Shown: piece by piece, positions 23,839 to 34,982 of the stretch
Layout of the letters: each line of letters begins with the position of its first letter
How positions within the stretch are numbered: the first letter of the stretch is position 1
From: Octopus bimaculoides
Taxonomy: Eukaryota
Direction of reading: 5' to 3'
Length of the DNA stretch: 36,862 nucleotides
NCBI RefSeq assembly: GCF_001194135.2
Contig: NC_068999.1
Location: forward strand, 48,633,549-48,670,410
The notes under the pieces: generated by a model
What the model was told of the DNA's origin: nothing
Databases searched by the model: none
What the model saw: the letters and a program-made list of their open reading frames with translations, nothing else
Translations under genes and position numbers: made by a program

Positions 23839-24206
23839 ATGCCATTCCTTGTCTACATCGCGCTTCCTGTTGCAGTCATTTGTTTGACATTATATGTTGT
23901 ACGTGTGAGAAGAATCCTACGTTTCCATGGGGGCCCTCTCGTCTACTACAGCGACGTGACCCTGCATGGGAAAACGGTTTTAGTGACAGGTGGCAATACC
24001 GGGATAGGAAAAGAAACAGCCCTGGATCTAGCCAGCCGGGGAGCCAGAGTTATAATAGCATGTAGAGACTTAGTCAAAGCTGAAAATGCCGCCAAGGAAA
24101 TTAGAAAGATGACTGGGAATGAAAGCGTTGCGACGGTACATTTGGATTTGGCAGATTTAGAATCGGTGAAAAAAATGTCACAACAAATACTAAAGAATGA
24201 AACCCG
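23839..24206 (+). CDS. Short-chain dehydrogenase/reductase, RDH11-14/DHRS13-like, coding exon 1 of 2
   Basis: ATG at 23839, hydrophobic N-terminus MPFLVYIALPVAVICLTLYVV, GKTVLVTGGNTGIGK (TGxxxGxG at 23986-24009), ARVIIACRD and LDLADLESV. The exon ends ACC CG, followed by a GTATGT donor at 24207. Confidence 0.93.
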
Positions 24207-24619
24207 GTATGTAATTTCAATTATTTCCAGAAAATGTTTTTATATTTGTGCATTTATTGTCAATTAGTAATTTGTATTAGCAACAAAAAAAATTTTTTTC
24301 TAAGTAAATTCCAAAGAAAATAAACGGTGTTTCGCTAGATTGACCTCTATTAAAAGAAAGTCCGTCACTTAACTATGAAGGGAAGTGTATTCTGTATTGC
24401 CACACTTTTTTTTTTAATTCTAAAGTTTCTTGTTGTGACTCTTGCTCCCCTTTCTTTTCTTTCTAACAAATAACATGTTCACCCAAACATTACACGTACG
24501 GTTGATATATTAGATAGAATGGCCGGCAACATGCCACGATGTAATGCTTGTTAAATAGCTTGCCCCCTCCTTTTAATTGGCAGGTTTTTTCAGAATAGCT
24601 GAAGAAATTTAAGTTTGGT

Positions 24620-24815
24620 GTTGTTGTTGTTATTGTTTAACCCCAGTTCAACCCTGATCGCACAGACCTATGGTCAAAGATCTTCTAATCGTCATTTTGT
24701 TTTGTTTTGTTTATTCAATATTTGTTTCCCATTTTTCCAGATGGTAGGGTGTAATTTGAGGGAATTTTCGCTGTTATTTCTTACAAATTAAGCGACCACA
24801 TAAGGCCCCCGTCGT
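24620..24815 (+). mobile_element. Repeat family C copy in the RDH intron
   Basis: TTTAACCCCAGTTCAACCCTGATCGCACAGACCTATGGTCAAAG..GGTAGGGTGTAATTTGAGGGAA..GCGACCAC. Confidence 0.65.
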
Positions 24816-25293
24816 GGGCTCGAATTTAAATGTTTAAAACGTGTTATGCCAACAAAATTTCTTGAATCTTCTGATCGTATTTCTTACATTAACGACACAT
24901 AATTAAAATCTTTATAATTGAAAATATCGAAAAGGCAACGATTGGGGAAAAAACCAATGATGTTCATAACCACTTTGAGACAATAGGATTTTTGAGTAGC
25001 ATTAGGAGTTTCACAACACTTAACAAAATTAGCAGCTAATTAGGATGCATTGAGGAACACTCTGCAGTCTAATTGTGAAAATGAGTGGGGGTGGGGGTAA
25101 ATCAATCACGTTTACGTAAAAATCACACACAGAACAAAGGGATAGCAAATACAGGTAAATTCTTGAAAATATAAACCTACAGATTTTATTTGTATGACAA
25201 CCACACACATTTAATCGATAAAGTTATAGGGTGACTCAAGGGCCGAGAGTTTCGTTCGTGCATGCCTCTCATCAAACTTATCATATATATATA

Positions 25294-25428
25294 CGATCCT
25301 TCGGTATTTGTATACAGTGTCGGGTTGAGACGACATCATTCACCCTCTTTTTTCAGCAAAGCTTCTTTATCTGTCATGAAGGAAATTTGTCTGGGTGACT
25401 GATGTCGTCTACCAATACCGAAGGATTG
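25294..25428. repeat. Imperfect inverted repeat (bulged hairpin)
   Basis: 25296-25311 pairs with 25411-25426 (15/16) and 25328-25345 pairs with 25393-25410 (17/18). Confidence 0.85.
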
Positions 25429-26281
25429 CCTCTTATAACGTACACGTACTTACGTATTGTATACACATACCAATTTATGCAAATCGTACTTTTTCATGGG
25501 GTTCAAAATGGATGCAAGTACGAGGTTGTACCCTTTGTTTTTAAGGGCTTTGAATCAGCCTTGCAGGTGTGTGTAGTGTACTTTGCTGTCCCCTTTATAC
25601 AATTAGATGTACTGCATCGATGTGGATGCAATGCCTTTAATAGAGTGTGGTCATTGATCTTTTAGGAAACAAGCTTGCACTGTAACAACTAGCCGGCTGG
25701 GACCGTCTACTTATTGCTTATTTAACTCACAATGTATTAAGCTGGGCTCTATAATCTTCTTCAGGGGTCAGCAAACTCCTTATGTCATTGACCCTTTCGT
25801 GAGACTTAATAATTTATGCCTCCCTACGCCATCATGTAAATTTCTAAAATAAAATTAAAATGTATGATTAATAAAAAAAATATTTATGTTCCTAAAAACC
25901 TATTCTTTCATTCTCTTCCTTCCACTCCCGAATCTACACAGACATATACAGCAGTCTCAAAAGTGCCGCCCTCATCAAAGCATTGCCCAAGGCAAGCCGC
26001 CCCTCACACCCCCTCCCAGCATGCTACGCTATTGGCATGCACATGAAGCATTTATTCTTTCAATTTTCTTCGTTCCCTCTCGATAAAAGACAATAACCAA
26101 ATTCCCTTTCTTCCATTGATCTGGATTCTTTGATACAGATTTTTTTGTTTAACAGTTTTCACAGCATTCTTTTGTGAATGTTAACACCATCTGTTAATGG
26201 ATTCCAATAGTCTGTTGGCAATTTAAAAGTTTTGTGGTAGAATTTATCTTTATCATCATCCCTGCAGAGGAGACTGAGTGT

Positions 26282-26462
26282 CACATAAAAAGCACTCTGT
26301 CCACTCTGCAGGGTGGTTGGTGCTAGGAAGGGCATCCAGCTGTAAAAACCATGCCAAAACAGACACAGAAGCCTGGTGTAGTCTTCTGCCTGACCAACTC
26401 CTGTCAAACCGTCCAACCCATGCCAGCATGGAAAGTGGACATTAAACAATGATGATGATGAT
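26282..26462 (+). mobile_element. Repeat family E 3' part
   Basis: GGTTGGTGCTAGGAAGGGCATCCAGCTGTAAAAACC..CCGTCCAACCCATGCCAGCATGGAAAGTGGACATTAAACAATGATGATGATG. Confidence 0.85.
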
Positions 26463-27589
26463 CTGGTATCAAATGCTTGCATGCAATGACCTTAATATGG
26501 GAAGATCTGTTGCCCACCAGCCATCACATGCAACCTGAATAAGAACTTGGGCTTGAGTGCAATAATAAAACTAACCACTAAGATTGGTCGACAGAGACTG
26601 ATTACTTGAGCAAACTTCATTTTGTCATCTACCGAAATTTTGTTAATTATACAACATTTTCTAAATGTACTGACATGGTACCTGTTTATAATTAAGTGAC
26701 GTAGCCAACAAGAGATTTATAGTTTGTTCTATAATACCCTGCTGTGAGAAAAACATATTAATCTATAAATTTATATTCATAACATATAAAACACATCGTG
26801 TGTGGGTATCATTTTTCTACATATCTATTAAAATTGTCAGCTAACATTCCACAAGATCAGAAAAGTCCTTTCAAAGAAACCTGGTGCAAAATTGGCAATG
26901 AACTACTCTATTGCTTATTTAAGCTCATCTTTGTTTGGTAAATACTTGTTAGAATGAGATCTGTGTTACATGGTGCAGGGCTCTCTGTAATATTTAGGTC
27001 ACATTCAACTTCACTGCCTTGTTACCAAAATCCGGTATGGTTACAACTTAACATTCCACAAAAATCTGAAAGCATCACTGGTTCTTGATCTTAGATTCAT
27101 CATTGACTTTTCTTCAGACAACTTCCATTTGCTGAATGATTTCTCAGTTTCCAGGATGTAAAAGGAAAATGGTATTTTGCCTTGTGTTACGATATTTGAT
27201 AAAAATATAAATTGTTTGTACAGCAGTTCAAACATGAATTTATCATTTAACACCTTGAACATAATCTTCTTATACCAAGACACTTGATAATATAGTGAAC
27301 TGTGCCAATATTTTTAAAGTAATCTAAGCACTAATTCTTTTATCTGCTACAATTTTTCATGTGCTCTTCAGAGATGGCAGGTATAGAAAAAAATATAGCA
27401 ACTGCTCTGTTATTGGAGAGGGAAAATGTCACATCTGGTTTCTGGCTGCTGTGAAAAAAAGGCAAAATGGAGTCATGGGATCTATAACACTGTATACTCT
27501 GATTAATCTACCCACTCTGTCAACAAATATACAAATACATATTTTTCCAACTTATGGGTTCTGAAACAATGATATATGTATGTGTGTGT

Positions 27590-28470
27590 GTTGGATCATA
27601 CCATAAATAATGTGATTTTTTTATAATTCTTCTATTTTACAAAATTAAGATTAAAAAAAGTTCTTTTTTAATCTAAAATATACTCTCCTTCATTTTCTAC
27701 AATGTTCTTCCATCTATCTGGTAAACTTGCAAGGCCCCCCCTCTTCCAAAATTCACTTGTCCATGATGAAAAATACTTATCCAGTACAGTTCTGACTTCT
27801 TCTGTTCAAATGATTTTGAAGACTGCAGAATAAATGATGATCAAATGGGGCATCTGGTGAATATGGTGGGTAGGGCATCATTTCCCATTCAAACTCCTCT
27901 AGCCTTTCAAATATCATCCTTGCTGTATGTGGCTGAGCATTATCTTGATGGAAGAACACCTTTCTTCTTGAAACCAAAGATGGTCATTTTCCTTCTAGTG
28001 CTGACTTAAGCCACTCAAGCTGTTGGTAGTAGATCTTTCATATTGTTTGTTTTGGGTTTAAAAGTTCAAAGTGTACTAAACCTTTCATATCCCACCAAAC
28101 AGATAACAACACCTTACGCGGGCAAAGACCTTCTTTAGCCTGGGGTGCCAGTGTTTCTCCTTTCCCCACCCACTTGACATTTTTATAGAGAACCCGTTTA
28201 TTGTCACCTGTCATTATTCAGTCCCATGAGATGTGACGGCAAAGAAGAGCACACATTCACTCTCTGCGTGTGATTAGACTGGGAAAGTATGTGAGGAACC
28301 CATTGACCCAGTTTTCTGACTTTTCCAATGGCATGCAGGTGTTGATGAATGGTTGAATGACCAAAACTAAGCTTCTCTGCTTGTTCTTCAACAGTTACGA
28401 TGGGATTTTCTTCCATCAGGGTTTGCAGGACATCCTTGTTGAGCTCTACAGATGATCCAGGACAAGAAGT
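27590..28470 (-). mobile_element. mariner (DD34D-type) transposase relic lacking its N-terminus
   Basis: Minus-strand peptides KLGQWVPHIL, IMTGDNKRVLYKNVK, KVLLSVWWDMKGLVHFELL, FHQDNAQPH and YPPYSPDAPFDHHLF. There are 33 residues between the second and third Asp because the Leu of SPDLAP is missing. One frameshift and several stops are present. Confidence 0.9.
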
Positions 28471-28950
28471 GCAGTGCCCTGTTGCCAGACACAGGGTCTT
28501 CCAGCAGCCACTCTGCTGACCCAGGGCAGCACTACCTCCTCCAGGCACTTGATGTAGGTCTCCATGCGGAGTCTGAGGCCATGTGGGAAGATGAATGGAG
28601 GCATAACGTTGCCATCACTAGTGATTATTCCAAAAACCATGATGGTAACAGGATGTTTGATTTTTATCACTCTTGGTACATTTTTTTGGGAACTCAGCAA
28701 GCCAATGGTTGTTCTGTGTGTTCACCATCTGTTCATATTGGAGCTTCCAGTGTGAATGTGATGCAGTACGGCATGTCGTTTCCAAATTTCTGACGGTGTG
28801 AATTGCGTCATGGTGCTGCTTTTCTTACAGACAATGCCCAACTGACCCTACTATACTGTTTAGATGACAAAATCAAAAACGAACAATGTACATGCACGAA
28901 GTTAAAAATATAAAATGGCAACAGTTTACCCATCACACACTGTGTGTGCA
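28470..28950 (-). mobile_element. Second Tc1/mariner-superfamily relic (maT/DD37D-like, tentative), internally deleted
   Basis: TIR-like CAGTGTGTGATGGGTAAACTGTTGCC next to a TA repeat, start MTQFTPSEIWKRHAVL (ATG at 28811), then QMVNTQNNHWLA and KHPVTIMVFGIITSDGNVMPPFIFPHGLRL..YIKCLEEVVLPWVSRVAAGRPCVWQQ. Confidence 0.7.
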
Positions 28951-28971
28951 TACATATATATATATATATAG

Positions 28972-29026
<55 letters not shown>

Positions 29027-29060
29027 TGAGACACACACATATATTTATATATGAGAGAGG
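28951..29060. repeat. (TA)n/(TATG)n microsatellite
   Basis: Direct. Confidence 0.95.
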
Positions 29061-29633
29061 AGGTTCTTGAAGCGCTAGTAAAATTTTAAAAAGGGAACTA
29101 TCCCTGTAAGAAATAATATGGACAATGACCCCGAAATAATAAATTCGTGCCGATTTACTTTGATTTTCATAAAACAAATTGAAATGAAAAAAGAGATGAA
29201 ATAAGATTCTTTTAATAATACACAAAAAAGAAGACCGACAGGAGAGGCAGGAAATAAGAAATATGATAAAAGTGTGTGGTTGACATGAACGAGAAGAATT
29301 TGTAACCATGCACATTCAATAGTCTGTGTGTGCGTGTGTGTGTGTGTGTCCCCGCGTGCACGTGTATGCACACGTGTGTTTGTGGGTATATGTGCATGTG
29401 TTTGTATCTAAATGATTATACCTGCATGTAATAGTGTTTCTGTCATTGTATGTATCTGGCTGTATGTATGGATGTAGCTATGTATGTGTGTACACAAATG
29501 CATACACCATAGCTGCTTCTGTTACACACAGACGCATAAACACACGCATACACAACTACAAATATAGACATACAGATACATAAGCTATTACATAAATACA
29601 TAGGCGAAAGCATTGTATTAAGATATATTGAGT

Positions 29634-29880
29634 GGAAGTGCATGGCTGGCTTAGCGGTTAGGGTATTGGACTCATGATCATAAGATTGTGATTTCAATTC
29701 CTGAGCCGGGTGGTGTGTTGTGTTCTTGAGCAAAACACTTCATTTCACATTGCTCCAGTCCACTCAGCTGGCAAAAATGAGCAATCCTGTAAAGGACTGG
29801 CGTCCTGTCCAGCTGGGGAATATATACGCCATGAAACCAAGAAACCAGCATTTATGAGTCAGCATGACTTGCAAAAGCAA
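29634..29880 (+). mobile_element. tRNA-derived CORE-type SINE (family D head and core, alternative tail)
   Basis: A-box TGGCTTAGCGG 29647-29657; core 29719-29781 is 58/63 identical to 19567-19629; the tail CAATCCTGTAAAGGACTGGCGTCCTGTCCAG is unrelated to that copy's tail. Confidence 0.85.
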
Positions 29881-29952
29881 CAGGCTGTTAAAAGTGAAGA
29901 ATGCATGAGATAAAGAGGAGCTATCACATGTTGATCCTACTGACAATAAATT

Positions 29953-30064
29953 ATCATCATCATTGTTTAATGTCCGCTTTCCATGTTGTCATGGGTTGGA
30001 TGGTTTGACTGAGGACTGGCAAGTCAGGAGGCTGCACCAGGCTCCAATCTGATCTGGCAACGTT
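29953..30064 (-). mobile_element. Repeat family E 3' end, antisense
   Basis: ATCATCATCATTGTTTAATGTCCGCTTTCCATG..CATGGGTTGGATGGTTTGAC..GCACCAGGCTCCAATCTGATCTGGCA. Confidence 0.85.
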
Positions 30065-30581
30065 TATATATATATATATGAAAGAGAATTAATTTGATAT
30101 TTACCTTGAAAAAAACAGTTAAAAACCAACGTTTAATCTATGAATTATTTCTTTATACACTATACCCTGGACACCTTACGATCTATTTTAACACCGTTTG
30201 TTATCTAAACATTTATTAGAAAGTAAGACTTCACCTTTTAATATGTTTATATATATATATATTTCTCATGTATTTTTATAGATATGCATAATTTGTCGAA
30301 CGTATATATCTATTATATTTTTAATATTTTGGTGTGTCTATAATTTTGAAATCTTTGGTATCGTTTTAATATTGAATATTTTTAGTATTGTTTTGGTATT
30401 GAACTTTTTAATGAGTGATGCATTAAATACATTATAATTTCTCCTTTTGTCTTGGTTTATATTATAAGGTTTTGAATTGTCAAACCTATCTGATTTCTAA
30501 TCTTTATTTTGAAAAATATTTATACCTAATGTCTTCAGTTCAATACTTGAGCACTTCCCAACACTGTCTGTAATAATAAAA

Positions 30582-30584
<3 letters not shown>

Positions 30585-30631
<47 letters not shown>

Positions 30632-30660
30632 NNNNNNNNNNATATATATATGTGTGTGTG
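30585..30660. repeat. (TA)n microsatellite containing a 10-N gap (30632-30641)
   Basis: Direct. Confidence 0.95.
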
Positions 30661-30842
30661 CCAGTGACATGTAAGAGGCATCCACTACACTCTTGAAGGG
30701 GTTGGTATTAGGAAGGGCATCCAGCTGTAGCAACCAAGCCAAACTCAGGCTGGAGCCTGGTACAGCTCTCACGCTTACCAGCTCTAGTCAAACCATATAA
30801 CCCATGCCAGCGTGGAAAACAGACACTAAATGATGATGAAGA
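30661..30842 (+). mobile_element. Repeat family E 3' part
   Basis: CCACTACACTC..GGTTGGTATTAGGAAGGGCATCCAGCTGTAG..AACCCATGCCAGCGTGGAAAAC..ATGATGATG. Confidence 0.85.
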
Positions 30843-30862
30843 TATATATATATAACCTACAC

Positions 30863-30900
<38 letters not shown>

Positions 30901-32083
30901 TAACTTATGTAATTCCAATTACAAAAGGTCCATAAAGGATTGAGGCATACCAACATGAAACATGCCACTAACTGGTTGGATAGAACCATGCAAAGCTGAC
31001 AGTGAAGTAAGCCATTATGCAAGCATGGAAGGTATCAATGATGTACGTTCCTTGTTGTCAGATAATCTGCAATTCCAATAGTTGTTGTTGGCATCCTTTT
31101 GTCTTGGGAGACAATGGAGTTGCACATAAACTAATCCAGTCTGGTTTTTACATTTCATGTCCTCTCCAGTTTTGCGCAAGCCTGGGCTAGATGTAAGAAA
31201 ATCCTGGATAGCCCAGCCGTCAGGATTCCTCTCTCGACCTTGCTGTCGTAGTCCAAAGGGGTGCAGAGCATTACGTTTGGCACCAGCCTGGTTGCAGGTG
31301 CTGCCGGAAGGGTGTCGAGTCGAACACTAAACCACCTACGGGGCTCCACTACGGATTTCTTTGAAGGTTGTCTCATTTCCGTAACCCTGGATAGGGGCCT
31401 GTACCAGGTACTGTCAGCCGGAGGCAGCTGAGCCCGGGACTTGTGTCAGGCAGGGTCGTCACTCCCTGAAGTAGTGAAGAAAATCACTACCCACTACCTA
31501 CAATTCTAAAGTATTAATAAAGAGTGGAACAGTTAAGTGTGGTGTAAAAATATAATAAGAACAGATGAATGGGTTTTCAGTCTTGCTACAATTGTTTCAT
31601 TAAAAGAGTTTTGATTTTATGTTAGTGTAATACAATTATTTAGATTATGTTATGTAACCCTCAGTTTCATCAGGCAACCATGTAAAACAAGTTAAGAAAG
31701 ATTCTAAAAAAGAGGGTCAATTTCTTTTGTTCATTGATTGACTCAATCAAGGTTGAACAAAGATGAAAAACAAGACATTTAACATTATTTACCTACAATC
31801 TTATTTATATTTTAGTCATTTTTACCTGTACACTCCTTAACACACTTAATGCATAACTGGGTTTATTATTATCATTATTATTATTATTATTACTACTACT
31901 ACTACCACCACTACTACTATTATTATTATTAACCTCTGTGTAGTGGTTCTGCAGCATCTACATTTTCACCAATAGAATCAGTTTAAGATTTATAACTTTG
32001 TATAAAATGGCCAATGAAAACAAATTCTATTCCATTCACATTTTCCTCACATTCTTTTCTTTTATTTTATTTTATTTTTCCAG

Positions 32084-32726
32084 GTTAGATATATTAATCA
32101 ATAATGCTGGAATTGGCGTGAAGGTGAAAGAATGTACAAAACAGAATTTTGATCTATTCTTTGGTGTGAACTACCTCGGACATTTCTTATTAACTTACTT
32201 ATTGCTCGACCTCCTGAAAAAGTCTGCCCCAAGCCGAATCATAAATGTCAGTTCTCATGCTCATATATTCGTTAAAAGACTTCCAAGTTTTGAAAGAGGA
32301 GATCCCACTGGGAAAATAAAATATCCTCAGTTGTCCGGATATGCAACAAGCAAATTAGCTAATATCCTCCATGCACAGATTTTGGCTAAAAAACTCGAAG
32401 GTACCGGAGTTACTGCTAATTCTTTACACCCAGGAATGGTGAAGACTGAAATACTAAAAAATAATCCAATAAATAGTAAAGAATTACTTCGAATTGAAAT
32501 ATACCGACTTCTCTTCAAATACATGGGTAGATCTGCCAAGGATGGTGCTAAAGTTATCATACATATGGCAGTAGACAAAAGTCTTGAAAATGTCTCTGGC
32601 CAGTACTTTGAAAACTTGTCTATATCTTCTGGTAATTTAAGCAAACTAGCTAAAGATTTAAATTTTGCTAAGAGTCTGTGGGATATTAGTTTAGAATTAT
32701 GTAATTCAGAATTAGAACTGAATTGA
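32084..32726 (+). CDS. Short-chain dehydrogenase/reductase, RDH11-14/DHRS13-like, coding exon 2 of 2 (joined protein 336 aa)
   Basis: Long pyrimidine tract and CAG acceptor at 32081-32083; the phase-2 join gives NETR-LDILINNAG. Motifs: FGVNYLGHFLLTYLLLDLLKKSAPSRIINVSS, catalytic YATSK (32340-32354), ANSLHPGMVKT, SGQYF and LWDIS; TGA ends at 32726. 368+643=1011 nt. Confidence 0.95.
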
Positions 32727-33149
32727 ATTATGGATTTTTCAATTACACCAAAAAAAAAAAAATGGGTGAAGAAAGAAACGTTTGCCCTTTTTTTTTTTTT
32801 CTGTTACACATCATTGCAAGTGTTTGTCACTAGAAGAAGAAAAAGTGTTTTCAAAGAACACTCAAACTCATTTCTACCTCTTTGCTGTTTTGAAACTATT
32901 AAAGATAAATTTAAGGGATATATGTTATTACAAATTAAATTTCCTTAAAATTGAATTGTCACCATTCAAAAAAAGATGAGTAAAAACGAGAGAGAACAAG
33001 ATTGTATTAGCTCTTCAACCCATTCCTAAACTGCCATTTTAATCTGATTGTGAAAAATATCAAATATTTTAAAACAATTTTTAAATAATTTTTCAGGCAG
33101 CATATTATTTATATATTTTAATACAAGGTTTAACGATAATTCACTCTGG

Positions 33150-33155
33150 AATAAA
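33150..33155 (+). promoter_or_regulatory. Candidate polyadenylation signal for the RDH-like gene
   Basis: AATAAA about 420 nt after the stop; such hexamers are common in AT-rich DNA, and this one abuts a gap. Confidence 0.2.
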
Positions 33156-33167
33156 AAAATTTTTTTA

Positions 33168-33405
33168 NNNNNNNNNNNNNNNNNNNNNNNNNNNNNNNNN
33201 NNNNNNNNNNNNNNNNNNNNNNNNNNNNNNNNNNNNNNNNNNNNNNNNNNNNNNNNNNNNNNNNNNNNNNNNNNNNNNNNNNNNNNNNNNNNNNNNNNNN
33301 NNNNNNNNNNNNNNNNNNNNNNNNNNNNNNNNNNNNNNNNNNNNNNNNNNNNNNNNNNNNNNNNNNNNNNNNNNNNNNNNNNNNNNNNNNNNNNNNNNNN
33401 NNNNN
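33168..33405. other. Assembly gap (238 N), followed by (TG)n
   Basis: Run of N. Confidence 1.
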
Positions 33406-33441
<36 letters not shown>

Positions 33442-34010
33442 AGTGTGTGTGAATCTATTTACATGTTAGTGATCAGTAATCATTGAGAATTGCTAATAGA
33501 AGTGTTTGTGTGAGTGTGTTGGTTGTGTAAATATACATGGCTATTTTCAATTCCAACATAAAATGGTTCCAAACCAGAGGTGCTCACAATGTCTTGGAGT
33601 TCAAGAGTAGTCAATATGAAAAAAATTGTTTGATTATGCAGTAAACTGAATGCTCATTAAGAGACGATTTGTACAGTTATATTTATGTACGCATGTATGT
33701 ACTTGTATGTATGAATGTAAATATATATATATATGTATGTATGTATGTATGTATTGTAAGGCTCTTTTTTACCTCGTTCTTGCCTTGAATAAAAATGCAT
33801 TCAATGGCTATTTTTTTTTCTCATGATATATGTTGGTTGAATTGAATGTGGTTGTCGTAAAAATATTTTTCAACTCTCCAATGGAAGTTACTTTTACAAA
33901 ACAATTTAATAAACTTTATTTTAATTTTTATTAACTTTTTAATGGGTTAAAGCTATTTTAAACTTCAGAATTGCTTTTTAAACTCTGCAAATCAGGAATC
34001 TTTTTTTTTC

Positions 34011-34110
34011 TCATTTACATTCAACAATCAGGGTTCATTTTACATTCATCCAATCAGGGTTCGTTTTATATTCAACCAATTAAGGTTGTTATGCCCAACC
34101 AATCAAGATC
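34011..34110. repeat. About 26-bp tandem repeat, 4 units, with CCAAT-like cores
   Basis: TCATTTACATTCAACAATCAGGGT / TCATTTTACATTCATCCAATCAGGGT / TCGTTTTATATTCAACCAATTAAGGT / TGTTATGCCCAACCAATCAAGAT. Confidence 0.85.
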
Positions 34111-34498
34111 AATTATGCATTCTTATATGTATTTTTTATTATATTAGATTGGAAAGAAAATAATATCATCTGTAAACCTCTTGAATTCATTGTATAAAGA
34201 GATGATATTTGTTTGAAAGTATCCAACACAACGAATTTTTGTGTACAAAATATTTTAATGTTTGACTGTTGTAGAATGCTTCTAACAATCATTATTGGTA
34301 AATTGCTTTTTTTAAATTTGACAAAATATATAATCACAATAATATATTGGTCAAAATCTTTTCTTTTTGTTTTTTCCTTTAAATTTTTGTACTGTTTTGT
34401 TTTATATTGTATATTTGTCGTTATCACAGAATTCCTCATAACTACAAAAAAATAATCACTCATTGGTGGATACTTGGATGTGGTGCACTTCACCTTCA

Positions 34499-34982
34499 TC
34501 TTACCATATTTCTGTAGAAATACACTGCTTTTGCTTCAATTAATTTTCAAAATAACGATGAATTTAGTAAAATAACTTCATCATTGTTAAGCTAATGTTT
34601 CTAGCATAAATTGACATGAAATTATTAGCAATAGAAGCAGTATTAAAACCAAGAGGTAATCTTTCTTCTTGTCTTGTAACAGTATTCATCTGGGACGGGG
34701 TTAAACCAGCTCCTATTGAACTCACAACGAAACACCAATGAACTCAACGAAAAATAGATGCCTTGTTAAGACCACAAACACTGTGTTATTAGCTTTGAGA
34801 GGTTATGAGAGGACTTTTCAAGGCTAATAGCACCGTATTCAGTGTTTCATTAGATATAGAGATCACTTATTAACATGAAAGTTTAATTGAAGGATTTTAA
34901 TTTAGATCACATTAAAGAAAGCAAATTTGTATCCTAAAAACCAAGTATGATCTCAAGTGGATTGGCATCAAAAAGGCTTAAT
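34499..34982 (+). mobile_element. Interrupted piggyBac-like non-autonomous element
   Basis: The left part is similar to 16514-16610; the right end GGCATCAAAAAGGCTTAA roughly complements the TTAAACCCTTTTGTTGCC left end seen at 16517. Confidence 0.4.

Noticed and set aside
24207-24267. ORF track extension of exon 1 to a 142-aa protein
   Set aside because: Homology stops at NETR, a GTATGT donor starts at 24207, and the phase matches the acceptor at 32083, so the extension is intron read-through.
25762-25777. hAT-like terminus CAGGGGTCAGCAAACT
   Set aside because: I found no matching right terminus or target duplication nearby.
27041-27564. 80-aa and 67-aa ORFs in the intron
   Set aside because: No recognisable motif or coherent splice sites, and the lengths are expected by chance.
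31998-32083. ORF track N-terminus MYKMANENKF.. of the 242-aa ORF
   Set aside because: It is the intron's pyrimidine tract and lacks the Rossmann motif, which exon 1 supplies.
32327-32644. 105-aa minus-strand ORF
   Set aside because: Antisense shadow of RDH exon 2 with no recognisable motif.
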